From: an uncultured archaeon
GTDB lineage: Archaea > Asgardarchaeota > Thorarchaeia > Thorarchaeales > Thorarchaeaceae
Assembly (NCBI GenBank): GCA_964631415.1
Contig: CAZVZC010000009.1
Location: 2,196-53,946 of the forward strand
Direction of reading: 5' to 3'
DNA: 51,751 bases
Of the stretch, positions 38,202-46,849 are shown in pieces (position 1 is the stretch's first letter; every line of letters begins with the position of its first letter). The position numbers and the translations under genes are program-made. The notes beneath the pieces were generated by a model that worked only from the letters and a program-made list of their open reading frames with translations, searched no databases and was not told the DNA's origin.

Positions 38202-39580
38202 GAGTCGTCACTTGGATTTTACGTATTGTTTCTGTAGCGACCTTCGTATACCTGTCGTACACAGTCTACAGCATAATGTCCGGTAGATGGGACTGGAGCA
38301 TACCTTACGTGTACATAGTGACAGTGTTCAGGCTTCTTTCGCTGATCATGTTCTTCCTGGCGATCATGATTGTGAATGGCGTCGCGTCCCCTTTTGTTGG
38401 CGGCCAGGCCCTGGACAATCTTGTAGGGGGACTGTACAACACACTCATTCTTCGTTTCTGGTACATGCAACCTTACGGTGTTTCAGGCCCCATGATGAAT
38501 GTGCAACAGGTGTTTGCATCATTCATGAATGACCTCTATGGGATACTAATGACTCTCTGGAACCAGACTTTCACGTTTCTCTATTTCCTGTGTGCCACAG
38601 TAGGTGTAGCCCTATTCCTGCAGTCGCTTGTCCGGATGGACCACAAGTACGTGGCTGGTGCTTTCATATCTATTCAGTTGATACTGGTCCTCGCTGCATT
38701 CAGGGACGTAGCGATTCCCAACTATGAGGTTTTTCCAGCCGATTTCTACGAGTTCCTCGTCAGCAGGGTGCAGATACTCGCGCTTGTTTCGTTCGCCTAT
38801 CTCGAATCGAGCTACCAGATGATATACAGCTATTCTGTCGGTAAGCCTGTGGAGGAGAGAGAGGAGACTCTGAAGAAACAGCTCTTGGCGCTGCGCATGG
38901 CCACCCGCAAGCAAGACGGGATGGAGCGGGGCGAGAAGGTCAGCACAACCGCCATGAGCCGGTCCTCTGGAGCAACAGCCTTCTCGTTTCTACGTGAAGC
39001 GATTGAAAGAAAGGTCGTCGGCAGCAAAGATGCTCTTGAGAATCTGGATGCTGTAGCAGATGTGCGACGCCTACAGCATTTCGTTGATGAACTGCTTCGC
39101 AATGACCCTGCAGCCAAGGATGAACTGACAGCTCGGGCGGCTGCCCCGTCTGAGAGCTACGTCATCAGATCGGCCGTAGTCGGTTCGGCAGTCCGTCTTC
39201 TGGCAGTAGTTGGTGTTTCCTTCCTTCTGATGAACCCTTGGTTCTTTGTGGCGCTACTGAACCTTCCTACGGGGATAGCCAATAGTGTGGAGCTCATGCA
39301 GCCGGAGTTCATGCTTCTGTTCTTGGTTCCCGTAGTGTTCCTGTTTCCTTTCGCTGCGATGCTAATTGGCACCATTGTGAAGAGAGAAGTCGAAGTAGAG
39401 GGGAAGCTGACTAAGGAGCAGAAACAGGAGCTGAAGCGGGAAAGGCGAGAGATGAAGCAGAAGAAGAAGGAAGCAGAGAGAGGGAGAAGGGAACGGACGC
39501 ATGCCCGTAGGAAGCGTCGCGTAGAATCCGAAGAGAAGGACGAATGGGACCGGGTCATCGAAGACGTCGCCAAGGAGTGA
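38198..39580 (+). CDS. Uncharacterised polytopic membrane protein with cytoplasmic helical insert and charged coiled-coil tail
   Basis: Several hydrophobic segments, a soluble stretch of about 110 aa and a K/R/E-rich C-terminus; TTG start overlaps the DUF58 stop. Confidence 0.7.
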   Translation: MRVVTWILRIVSVATFVYLSYTVYSIMSGRWDWSIPYVYIVTVFRLLSLIMFFLAIMIVNGVASPFVGGQALDNLVGGLYNTLILRFWYMQPYGVSGPMMNVQQVFASFMNDLYGILMTLWNQTFTFLYFLCATVGVALFLQSLVRMDHKYVAGAFISIQLILVLAAFRDVAIPNYEVFPADFYEFLVSRVQILALVSFAYLESSYQMIYSYSVGKPVEEREETLKKQLLALRMATRKQDGMERGEKVSTTAMSRSSGATAFSFLREAIERKVVGSKDALENLDAVADVRRLQHFVDELLRNDPAAKDELTARAAAPSESYVIRSAVVGSAVRLLAVVGVSFLLMNPWFFVALLNLPTGIANSVELMQPEFMLLFLVPVVFLFPFAAMLIGTIVKREVEVEGKLTKEQKQELKRERREMKQKKKEAERGRRERTHARRKRRVESEEKDEWDRVIEDVAKE

Positions 39581-39672
39581 CAAATCCAATAGGCAGTCCG
39601 TTCACCCGAATAGGCGGGCGGCATGGATCCTAAGTTCTTGCGGAAACTGGCCCAGTATATTGGACAGTCATA

Positions 39673-41931
39673 CTAGATGAACAAAAGCATGGCGCTGCTC
39701 AGCGCCCAGACTGCTATCACTATCGCCTCGCCGGACACGACACCGCTCAGTAGGCGAGACGTCTTGTCGTACTCAGGGCTCTGAGTTGTCATCTGCATCG
39801 CGTCTGCTTTTCCGGATTCCTGTTGGCGCTTCTTGGCTTTGTAGTCAATCAAAGCACCAATCATCATCGTTGCAGTTGTAGCTGGGGGAATCAGGAGGCC
39901 CACTGCAAGAGTAATGGGACTTAGTCCAACCTTCAAGAGCTGCCTGCTCAGAAGGTATCCAAACATGGCGAAGACCAACACGTAGATGAAGGCCAGCACG
40001 GGATTTGCCAAGGCAGGGTGCAATTGCACAAGCCTGTCAACGTATGGGAGCTGAAGATTGCCCAGACCCATCAAGCTTGTTACAAGTATGACGAACAATT
40101 GCGCTATTGGACATGGGAATTCAGTGCCGCCAAAACCATAGATCTTGTAGACTCCAAAGATGATGAAGGAACCGACCGATGTCCCGAGTATGGCAGCCAC
40201 AGATATGGCCTTGAATATATCCCTACCTCTCACGCCGGTGAAAGTCCCTAACTTGAGGTGAACAAGAAATGCTATGGCCGCGTCCTGAAACGCACCTATC
40301 ATTGTCATGAAGGTTGTGATAGCCGCGAATGATACTCGAAAGAAGAGAATCGCAGGTATTGCCATCACATCAGATATGTAGCCGGCCAACATTCCGGTTT
40401 CACTGATGGCCCTTGCCGTGAAATAGACGGAGAGTAGGGCCACTGGCGGACCAAGCATGGTGAGAGCCCAATGGATCTGAAGTCCTGCGAAGGGAGTGAT
40501 GACCCAGAAGAACACGATGCCGACTGCCATGAACATAAGCATCGAAACCACTGCAATCCATGGAGGTACTTGTCCTCGTCTGCTCTTCAAGAACCCCTGC
40601 GGATCTGCGGCTATCTCTCTAATGTCTTGTAGAATCGTATCCACAGACATGAGCTCTTTCTTCAGACGCACGAGCTTCGGCACTTCAACGGGCTTTGATG
40701 GAGTTTCTGTCGGCATTTCCTCTGATACGGTTCTTGTTTCGCTTGCCTGTCCATCTTTGACGGTTGATCTTGGTTCCTGAGTAGCTGTCTTCTTCTGCCT
40801 GGCTGATGTGATTCCGGAAACGATGACTGCCGCGAACACGCCGAACACTAGGTACAGAATCTCAGGGCGCTGCAGGTGTGCGCCGATGCCTTCATACGGG
40901 GCGAATTCCAAGACTAGCCAGATTGTGAGCGAGATTGTGCTGCCAAGGAGGAGGACAAGTGCTCGTTTCCAGCCCACGAAGAACCCAATGGCAGCGATGA
41001 GCGGTGAGTTACTCAAGCCAATCCAGTCAGGGATTGACCCCGTGGCCGGGACAAGGACCTTGAACGCACTTGGAACCGATCCCAGAGCCGCTCCTGTAGC
41101 CTGTTCTACAATCTTTGTCGCCCCTACATACGAAGCAGAACCTCCTAGACCAACCAATACGTCCTTTTTTGCAGTCTTATTAGCTCCCATTGAGATTATG
41201 ATCTCTGCCTGTGGTCTGAGCTGAGGCCAAGGTTGTTTCTCGAAGTGACTCTTGAATGGCACTAGAAGCATGATGCCGAAGAGCGCACTTGTGCCTATGA
41301 GAAAGGCGATGAACGGAAGTGTGAGGAGAGCGGGAGCGATGGACGGTTCGAGTGGGGGCTTGAACTGGGTTTCGTAGATGACTAACGCGGGCAGCGTGAT
41401 GAGAATCCCTGCGCATATCATTGAGGAACCATTGGCAATTGCGACGACGATTGTGTTCTCTTCCTTCGTGTATTTTCCACGTGTGCTGAGAATGATTGCT
41501 CCCATCATCTCTGCACCTATGAAATAGACCACGCCAAGCTTGAGCATCAGGTACACACCGAGAAAGGTCATGATTACTCCGACGACAATCCCCGTGGCCA
41601 ATGCTCGCTTGGTGAGGGGAAACTTCGACTCACTCATCGCCATGAGATAGATGACAATCTCTGCTGCCGCTATCAGGACCACCTCTGACAGTGACCCGAG
41701 GATGAATGCAACAAGGAAAAAGGCAAGCCCCACTACGGCCAGCGATATCAGTACCTTGCTGGTCGGGGGTCCTATGAAAAGGGACAGGCAAACAAGCAGC
41801 AATCCCACGACTATCGAAGCGCCAATCCCTATATCGAAACGACCGCTGGAAATGACTAGTCCACAGTGGAACAGCCCTGCAGAGAAAAGGGCCGTGAGAA
41901 GCATTCTCGTGTTTCTGTGGTCTGCGATCAA
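39673..41931 (-). CDS. OPT/YSL-family oligopeptide transporter
   Basis: PLTKRALATG...YLMLKLG; EENTIV; TLPAL; FPCPIAQ; AVGLLIP; SGVVSGEA. GGAGG precedes TTG 41931; alternative start near 41637. Confidence 0.8.
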   Translation of the reverse strand: MIADHRNTRMLLTALFSAGLFHCGLVISSGRFDIGIGASIVVGLLLVCLSLFIGPPTSKVLISLAVVGLAFFLVAFILGSLSEVVLIAAAEIVIYLMAMSESKFPLTKRALATGIVVGVIMTFLGVYLMLKLGVVYFIGAEMMGAIILSTRGKYTKEENTIVVAIANGSSMICAGILITLPALVIYETQFKPPLEPSIAPALLTLPFIAFLIGTSALFGIMLLVPFKSHFEKQPWPQLRPQAEIIISMGANKTAKKDVLVGLGGSASYVGATKIVEQATGAALGSVPSAFKVLVPATGSIPDWIGLSNSPLIAAIGFFVGWKRALVLLLGSTISLTIWLVLEFAPYEGIGAHLQRPEILYLVFGVFAAVIVSGITSARQKKTATQEPRSTVKDGQASETRTVSEEMPTETPSKPVEVPKLVRLKKELMSVDTILQDIREIAADPQGFLKSRRGQVPPWIAVVSMLMFMAVGIVFFWVITPFAGLQIHWALTMLGPPVALLSVYFTARAISETGMLAGYISDVMAIPAILFFRVSFAAITTFMTMIGAFQDAAIAFLVHLKLGTFTGVRGRDIFKAISVAAILGTSVGSFIIFGVYKIYGFGGTEFPCPIAQLFVILVTSLMGLGNLQLPYVDRLVQLHPALANPVLAFIYVLVFAMFGYLLSRQLLKVGLSPITLAVGLLIPPATTATMMIGALIDYKAKKRQQESGKADAMQMTTQSPEYDKTSRLLSGVVSGEAIVIAVWALSSAMLLFI

Positions 41932-42029
41932 GGCTTGGCCTCCGAGGTCAATCCGGCATAATCGGGCACAAAAAGTAGTGTGATATGGATGTCGGAATAG
42001 TCCGGACTGCAGGTATCACCTTTCATGGT

Positions 42030-42362
42030 TCACGCACTTGTCGTGGCCTTGACTATAAGCTCTCGCACGAATGTCTGGCTTTGTCCTCTAACACACAGAA
42101 TCTTCTCTCTTGTTCCGTATCCGGCAACGATGGCAACATCACTGGACGAAACACTCAGCACCTTGGCAAGCCGTTTGACAAGCTCAGAATTGGCCTTGCC
42201 CTCTCTCGCAGGTTCTTTCAGGTTCACAAGCACCCCGTCTTCGCCAATCTCTTCAATGAGTCTACTGGACCTGCTTCTGGGCCTGACAAGCACTCTGATC
42301 ATGATGCCTTCACTGGTTTCCCAGATTGCCTTGTCGGTCACAATGTGGGGTTGTGTTTTCAT
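42030..42362 (-). CDS. DUF167 (UPF0235/YggU) family protein
   Basis: IRVLVRPRS; EPAREGKANSELVKRLAK; IVAGYGTREK. Confidence 0.88.
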   Translation of the reverse strand: MKTQPHIVTDKAIWETSEGIMIRVLVRPRSRSSRLIEEIGEDGVLVNLKEPAREGKANSELVKRLAKVLSVSSSDVAIVAGYGTREKILCVRGQSQTFVRELIVKATTSA

Positions 42363-42473
42363 GCATAAGAGCATGCTCCAATGGCTCTGTTGAGGACCAT
42401 CAAGATTATCTTAAATCAGGTATCTTGTTAACTGCTTCACATAACATACGAGTCTAACGGGGATGATTGCAGA

Positions 42474-42866
42474 GTGTCATATAACCAAGCCGTGATGGAA
42501 GCCTACACCCGGGCCTATAATGACTCAGGACACATGATCCAAGCCTTTGGTGTGGTCAATGCTAATGGACAGGTCCTCTGGCAGACAAACAACTGGGACC
42601 TGAGCAAGGACGCTAAGGGTCTCGTTTCAGCTGTGGCCCAGAAGGCGGCGAGCGTGGTTCAGAATCAGGTCAAGTACAGCACATTGAGGTCGAACCCGGA
42701 CAGTCTTGTCGCAAGAAGTGCTGCAGGCAACGGTACTCTTGTACTCGTTAGGGTTGAAGGCGATAAGTGGGTCATCGCTTGGGCCAACGCGAGCGCCACT
42801 CCTGACGGAATCTACGTCGACGTGGACCGCTCGGCGAAGTTCCTGAAAGGCAAGATCCGAGTGTGA
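42474..42866 (+). CDS. Asgard profilin-like protein 1
   Basis: 130 aa; AFGVVNANGQVLWQTNNWDL, QVKYSTL, SLVARS, GNGTLVL resemble Asgard profilins (QTxNWD and GxKY pattern). Confidence 0.75.
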   Translation: MSYNQAVMEAYTRAYNDSGHMIQAFGVVNANGQVLWQTNNWDLSKDAKGLVSAVAQKAASVVQNQVKYSTLRSNPDSLVARSAAGNGTLVLVRVEGDKWVIAWANASATPDGIYVDVDRSAKFLKGKIRV

Positions 42867-42919
42867 ACGAGCGGCAGGCACTGCTACCTCTGTTTGGCTA
42901 GCTCTGAGGCGGCCTCATT

Positions 42920-43294
42920 ATGTCACCGGTCATTGATGAAGAATGGAAGAGCCTGTTTCAAAACAACCCAAAGATTCAGGCGTTCGCAGTGTGCAAAGAC
43001 GACACCATACTGTGGCAGACAGACAACTGGTCGCTGGTTGAAGAAGGACATGAACTCACGACGGCGGCCGAAACCGCGGCAGCCTCTATCCATGCCAATG
43101 GTGTGAAGTACAATAGGATTGCGTCTAGTCCGGGGTCCTATGTAGCGACCTCAGAGAAGAACCATGGACATTTTCTCATGGCACTAGTTGAGGGGAAGAC
43201 ATGGGTGATGGCATGGGCTACCGCCGATTCCGTTCCTGAGCTCGCTGCCATTGACGTTTCCAGGACCGCGGTCAAACTCATCGGTCGACTCTGA
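42920..43294 (+). CDS. Asgard profilin-like protein 2
   Basis: 124 aa; AFAVC...LWQTDNW, NGVKY, YVATS, HGHFLMA, EGKTWVMAWA; clear paralog of the upstream gene. Confidence 0.72.
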   Translation: MSPVIDEEWKSLFQNNPKIQAFAVCKDDTILWQTDNWSLVEEGHELTTAAETAAASIHANGVKYNRIASSPGSYVATSEKNHGHFLMALVEGKTWVMAWATADSVPELAAIDVSRTAVKLIGRL

Positions 43295-43467
43295 GCAAGG
43301 AGGCAGTCCTCCAGTATGGCACGGTCGAACTCACAGGAGTACTTGACGATGAGGAAGAAATCGCCTCGAGCTTCAGAGCCGCCACTCATGATGGACGGCC
43401 GCGACTGCTGCCAGCTATAAACGTATTGAGGTCTTGTGGTGCGGGTTCACTTCAAGTGATTGTGCCG

Positions 43468-44205
43468 TCAATCCGCGGGAAACAGTATCTCGCGAATCTT
43501 GCGCTTCAGACCTGTGTACTCATCTGAGCTTTCACCGTATATGTCCAGGAGCCAGTCATACATGCCGATAATGTCAGGATCAGCGATGTCCTCTCTCACG
43601 AGCTTGCCTACCTTTGCGCGCCACGATGTTTCCATGATTGCCAGACGCGTCACAAGCTCAATCAGTTCCTGTTTGCGGTCATCTGTTACATTCAGTTGGA
43701 ATGCGCTCAATGTCCTCTCCATCTTCTCAGACATGTCTTTTCGAACCGCCTTCTCGTCCTTTGTAGCCGGCTTGATGGCTATTACGAACGCCTTGGCTGT
43801 CCTACGGTAGTAGTCTGTAGTTCGCTTGCCAGTGGTGACTGTGCCATACTTGATGACAGACCCGGCCTCAATCAATGTTGGTAGGTGGTGGTAGACCTGG
43901 TTCTTTGTGAATCCATCAGCATTCTTGTCGCCGGTCGATGCCTTCACGATCTCAACAACTGACATCGCATAGCGTTTCACGGTCCTCTTGCGGATGATTC
44001 TCTCATTCGTTTCCTTGTTGAACTCCTCTGTAGTCACTTCATCATCGATGCCGTCCCTGAGGACCTTTACTATCTGACGCCGAACGGGTTCAAAGAGCAC
44101 GCTGGCTCTCCTCTCATCTGCCACGAATTCCAGTTCCTTCTGAGGCTTCTTGCCTTCTGGTGTCACTTCGATTCCGGTCAGTGTGTCGGTCAGTTCCTCG
44201 GACAT
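43468..44205 (-). CDS. ArsR-like winged-helix transcriptional regulator
   Basis: ATG 44205 (MSEELTDTL); LFEPVRRQIVKVL; MSVVEI; TKNQVYHHLPTLIEAG; DYYRRTAK. Confidence 0.8.
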   Translation of the reverse strand: MSEELTDTLTGIEVTPEGKKPQKELEFVADERRASVLFEPVRRQIVKVLRDGIDDEVTTEEFNKETNERIIRKRTVKRYAMSVVEIVKASTGDKNADGFTKNQVYHHLPTLIEAGSVIKYGTVTTGKRTTDYYRRTAKAFVIAIKPATKDEKAVRKDMSEKMERTLSAFQLNVTDDRKQELIELVTRLAIMETSWRAKVGKLVREDIADPDIIGMYDWLLDIYGESSDEYTGLKRKIREILFPAD

Positions 44206-44270
44206 TCTCGAATCACCAAGTCCTGCTTCAAGGGATTTCCTACTCCCACAGACGGATTTGACAGTTTGTA

Positions 44271-44348
44271 TATTAAAGTTTTGTTCTCCGAACCATTTAG
44301 CATGGACATAATATACGTGATAAGGGTTTGGTGACCCAACCTTTATAT
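44271..44348. promoter_or_regulatory. Divergent promoter region with candidate operator
   Basis: Minus-strand TTTAATAT (44278-44271) and plus-strand CTTTATAT (44341-44348). Imperfect palindrome AAGGGTTTGG-TGA-CCCAACCTTT (44322-44344) abuts the plus-strand TATA. Confidence 0.5.
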
Positions 44349-44409
44349 GCTGCTGACTACACACCAAAACCATAGAATAGTTTGCGACACAAACCAATGG
44401 TGAACGACT

Positions 44410-44517
44410 ATGGCACACGAAACCGATTCTCAGAAGCCGAACACGACTGCCAGCAAGCACCCTCGAACTGTGATTAGCGCAAGTGCTCTCTACTATGCCT
44501 ATGCTTACAGGAGATAG
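44410..44517 (+). CDS. Putative 35-aa small protein MAHETDSQKPNTTASKHPRTVISASALYYAYAYRR
   Basis: TATA-like box upstream, GGTGA Shine-Dalgarno-like motif at 44399-44403, and hairpin plus T-tract downstream. No family recognised. Confidence 0.45.
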   Translation: MAHETDSQKPNTTASKHPRTVISASALYYAYAYRR

Positions 44518-44647
44518 GGAAGGGCGAGCCATGCAAAACCAGTGGATCCGCCAAGTAGTTCGCAGGAAGAGAGCCTCTCTACATAGGACCAGGTGCGCTG
44601 ACGAGAGCAATCAGAATAACACGCATCGCTCCTTGATGCTGGAGGAT

Positions 44648-44688
44648 GTGCTTAGGTGGGAAGCCACGTAAGCACCATTCTGTTTTTT
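44648..44688 (+). terminator. Hairpin plus T6 tract, candidate terminator
   Basis: GTGCTTA-G-GTGG-GAAG-CCAC-G-TAAGCAC followed by CATTCTGTTTTTT. Confidence 0.45.
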
Positions 44689-44765
44689 AGTTGGGTTGCA
44701 GACGGCGAGTTTCTTCCACTGCTTTCTCATGATTCCGGGGTATCATCCCAATTCTGAAATCCGGA

Positions 44766-45605
44766 TCATTTGCCGAAGGCCATCTGATAGAAAGTCCCAT
44801 TCATGACGTAGGTGACTTCGAGGTTCCGTGCCCCTGGCGGGACATACTGCAGCGGTGGTTTTGACCCGAATAGTGCGTTGGTCTTGAGTATCTCTCTTCC
44901 TCTCTCCGAGCCTCTCACCTCCGGAGACAGGCCTTCATCAGTGACCAAGACGACGCCACCTCGTTTCGTCACACGCCACATCTCCTCGAGTGCGCGGCCC
45001 TTGTCCGAAAACGTGTTGATGCCTCCGCTATGGAGTACTAGGCTGAAGTGGTCATCTTGGAAGGGCGTGTTGAACACACTGGCGTGGACGAGGCCGACTG
45101 TGACATTGAGTTCGCTGAACTTCCTCTTCGCAACTCTCAGCATCCCACGCGACAGGTCGAGACCATAGAAGTCGAACCTGCCCATCTCGTTCCTGAACGC
45201 GTTGGACAGAGCAACGAAGTTCGCGCCTGTCCCTACGCTGATGTCAAGTACCTTGACAGGCCCCTCCATTGTCACATAGAGGCCTGCCCTCTCCCTCTCT
45301 TTCATCATGTCGATGCCAAGCCATTGATTATATGACTTCAAGACTTCATCATAGTTCTCGGCCATTTCGTCGTATTGCCTAATCCAAGCCTCGTCCTTCT
45401 CGCTCACCTTGGGGTAGATCATCGTTGGGATGCCGTCGTCTATAGACCATCTATGCCCTTTCTCACACACAATCTTTCCACTCTCAATCTCCTCACCTTC
45501 CGAATACCTCTCGGAAAGGCGAAGTACCCTGCGACACGAGGGGCATCTCATGGCTTTCAGGTGGAACTCCTTCAAACCCGACTGTGCTCCTGAGAGCCTA
45601 TTCAC
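44766..45605 (-). CDS. Class I SAM methyltransferase (UbiE-like) with N-terminal Trm112-like Zn-binding domain
   Basis: MRCPSCRRVL...IESGKIVCEKGHRWSIDDGIPTMI; VLDISVGTG; GLDLSRGML; EMWRVTKRGG. Confidence 0.85.
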   Translation of the reverse strand: MNRLSGAQSGLKEFHLKAMRCPSCRRVLRLSERYSEGEEIESGKIVCEKGHRWSIDDGIPTMIYPKVSEKDEAWIRQYDEMAENYDEVLKSYNQWLGIDMMKERERAGLYVTMEGPVKVLDISVGTGANFVALSNAFRNEMGRFDFYGLDLSRGMLRVAKRKFSELNVTVGLVHASVFNTPFQDDHFSLVLHSGGINTFSDKGRALEEMWRVTKRGGVVLVTDEGLSPEVRGSERGREILKTNALFGSKPPLQYVPPGARNLEVTYVMNGTFYQMAFGK

Positions 45606-45713
45606 AGGCTCCCTTGACCCGGCGATTCTCCCGCCCGAATATCAATCTGTCCCCTATGAGCTAGTGGTAGGTACTTCACTTCACCATCCATTTCGGACCT
45701 GACAGGATTCCGT

Positions 45714-46541
45714 TTACTTTCCTGATAGCAGACGCTCGACTGCTCCAAGGAGCGCAACGATCACTTGTCGCTGGAAGATTGCTATGAGTGGACTCCTTAC
45801 GTGCAGGCACCATGGCCGTGCTGAATCCTGCAAGGGCTTGAAGACGGCAACACTCTCTGAGTTGTCAATCAGAACCATAGAGATCTGATTCGGGTTCCAT
45901 CCCGCGGTTTCAATTGTCTGGTCAGCGAGGACCATCTGAAGCTGGTCCGTGAGAACTCGAGAGCTCAATTCCGTCACATCGACGATGCTTGCGTAATGCT
46001 TGAACTCCTCCAAATCCTCATCGCTAAGTCCCCCTGATACCAGCTTTGTTTCGACTCCTCTCTTCTTCGCATCCGCCAACGCAGGCCTCAGCGCACTCAG
46101 AAAGACTTGGTCCCTTGTTGCGATGAAGACCTCCTTTGTCGCCCTCGCGATGGCTGCCCTTGTACCCAGCTTGATCTGATCGCTGCCCGCCTCAGTCCAC
46201 ACGAACTCCTCTGACACAGCTTTCTTTTGCATGGCAAGATTCTCAAGCCCAGCTAAAGCAGACTGGCCTGAGTTCTGCAGTTTCTCCATCAGATACGGTA
46301 TCGCGTCGCGCGGTTCGTATGCTCTGAACTCGATGGGACTCGTGCCAACTGCTCTCCTGACAAGGCCTCTCTGTTCAAGAGAATAGAGGACTTCGTAGAC
46401 CTTGCTCCTCGGCACTCCTGAAGAATCTGCGACAGCACGCGCCGTAGCTTGGCCAACAGAAGCCAGCACCTTGTAGGCCCTTGCCTCACTCCTGTTGAGA
46501 CCTAGGTGCATCAGCTCGGATACAACATCATCACTACTCAT
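45714..46541 (-). CDS. TrmB-family transcriptional regulator
   Basis: LGLNRSEARAY; SGVPRSKVYEVLYSLEQRGLV; C-terminal effector-type domain (ATKEVFIA, AKKRGV). Confidence 0.92.
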   Translation of the reverse strand: MSSDDVVSELMHLGLNRSEARAYKVLASVGQATARAVADSSGVPRSKVYEVLYSLEQRGLVRRAVGTSPIEFRAYEPRDAIPYLMEKLQNSGQSALAGLENLAMQKKAVSEEFVWTEAGSDQIKLGTRAAIARATKEVFIATRDQVFLSALRPALADAKKRGVETKLVSGGLSDEDLEEFKHYASIVDVTELSSRVLTDQLQMVLADQTIETAGWNPNQISMVLIDNSESVAVFKPLQDSARPWCLHVRSPLIAIFQRQVIVALLGAVERLLSGK

Positions 46542-46849
46542 CTGATCACTTCGGGCTGACTAACAGTACACGTGGATACTCTTCAAGCTCTTGTCACTTT
46601 TGGGGTAACAGCAGCCGACGGCGCACCCACGGTTGACAGGACAGAATGTGGCCACGGCCACGATGGAGTGCTCCCCCAAGCCACGCCATTGTGATGGACG
46701 TCTAGGCTCTTCAGGTCCATAGAGCTGACTTTCGTAGTAACCTCTAGAGTAACACCACTCCTTTATCATCTCGACGAGCCATAGACAGCAGCAATGGTCC
46801 AGACCCCATTTGGAAGAGGACGAGGAAAGCTCTGGTGGCGATATGAGCG

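Noticed and set aside
43295-43415. 5S rRNA- or tRNA-like element (GCAGTC/GACTGC ends, GTTCGA)
   Set aside because: Lacks the 5S conserved loops (CCGAAC, GAAGTTAAG) and no cloverleaf can be built.
44585-44620. Hammerhead core (CTGACGA) or SRP helix-8-like CCAGG...AGCAA
   Set aside because: The required GAAA after stem II is absent (AGAA), the SRP loop spacing and GNRA do not fit, and flanking helices are missing.
44531-44671. Second small ORF (46 aa, MQNQWIRQ...)
   Set aside because: It runs through the hairpin/terminator-like region and has no recognisable features; not supportable.
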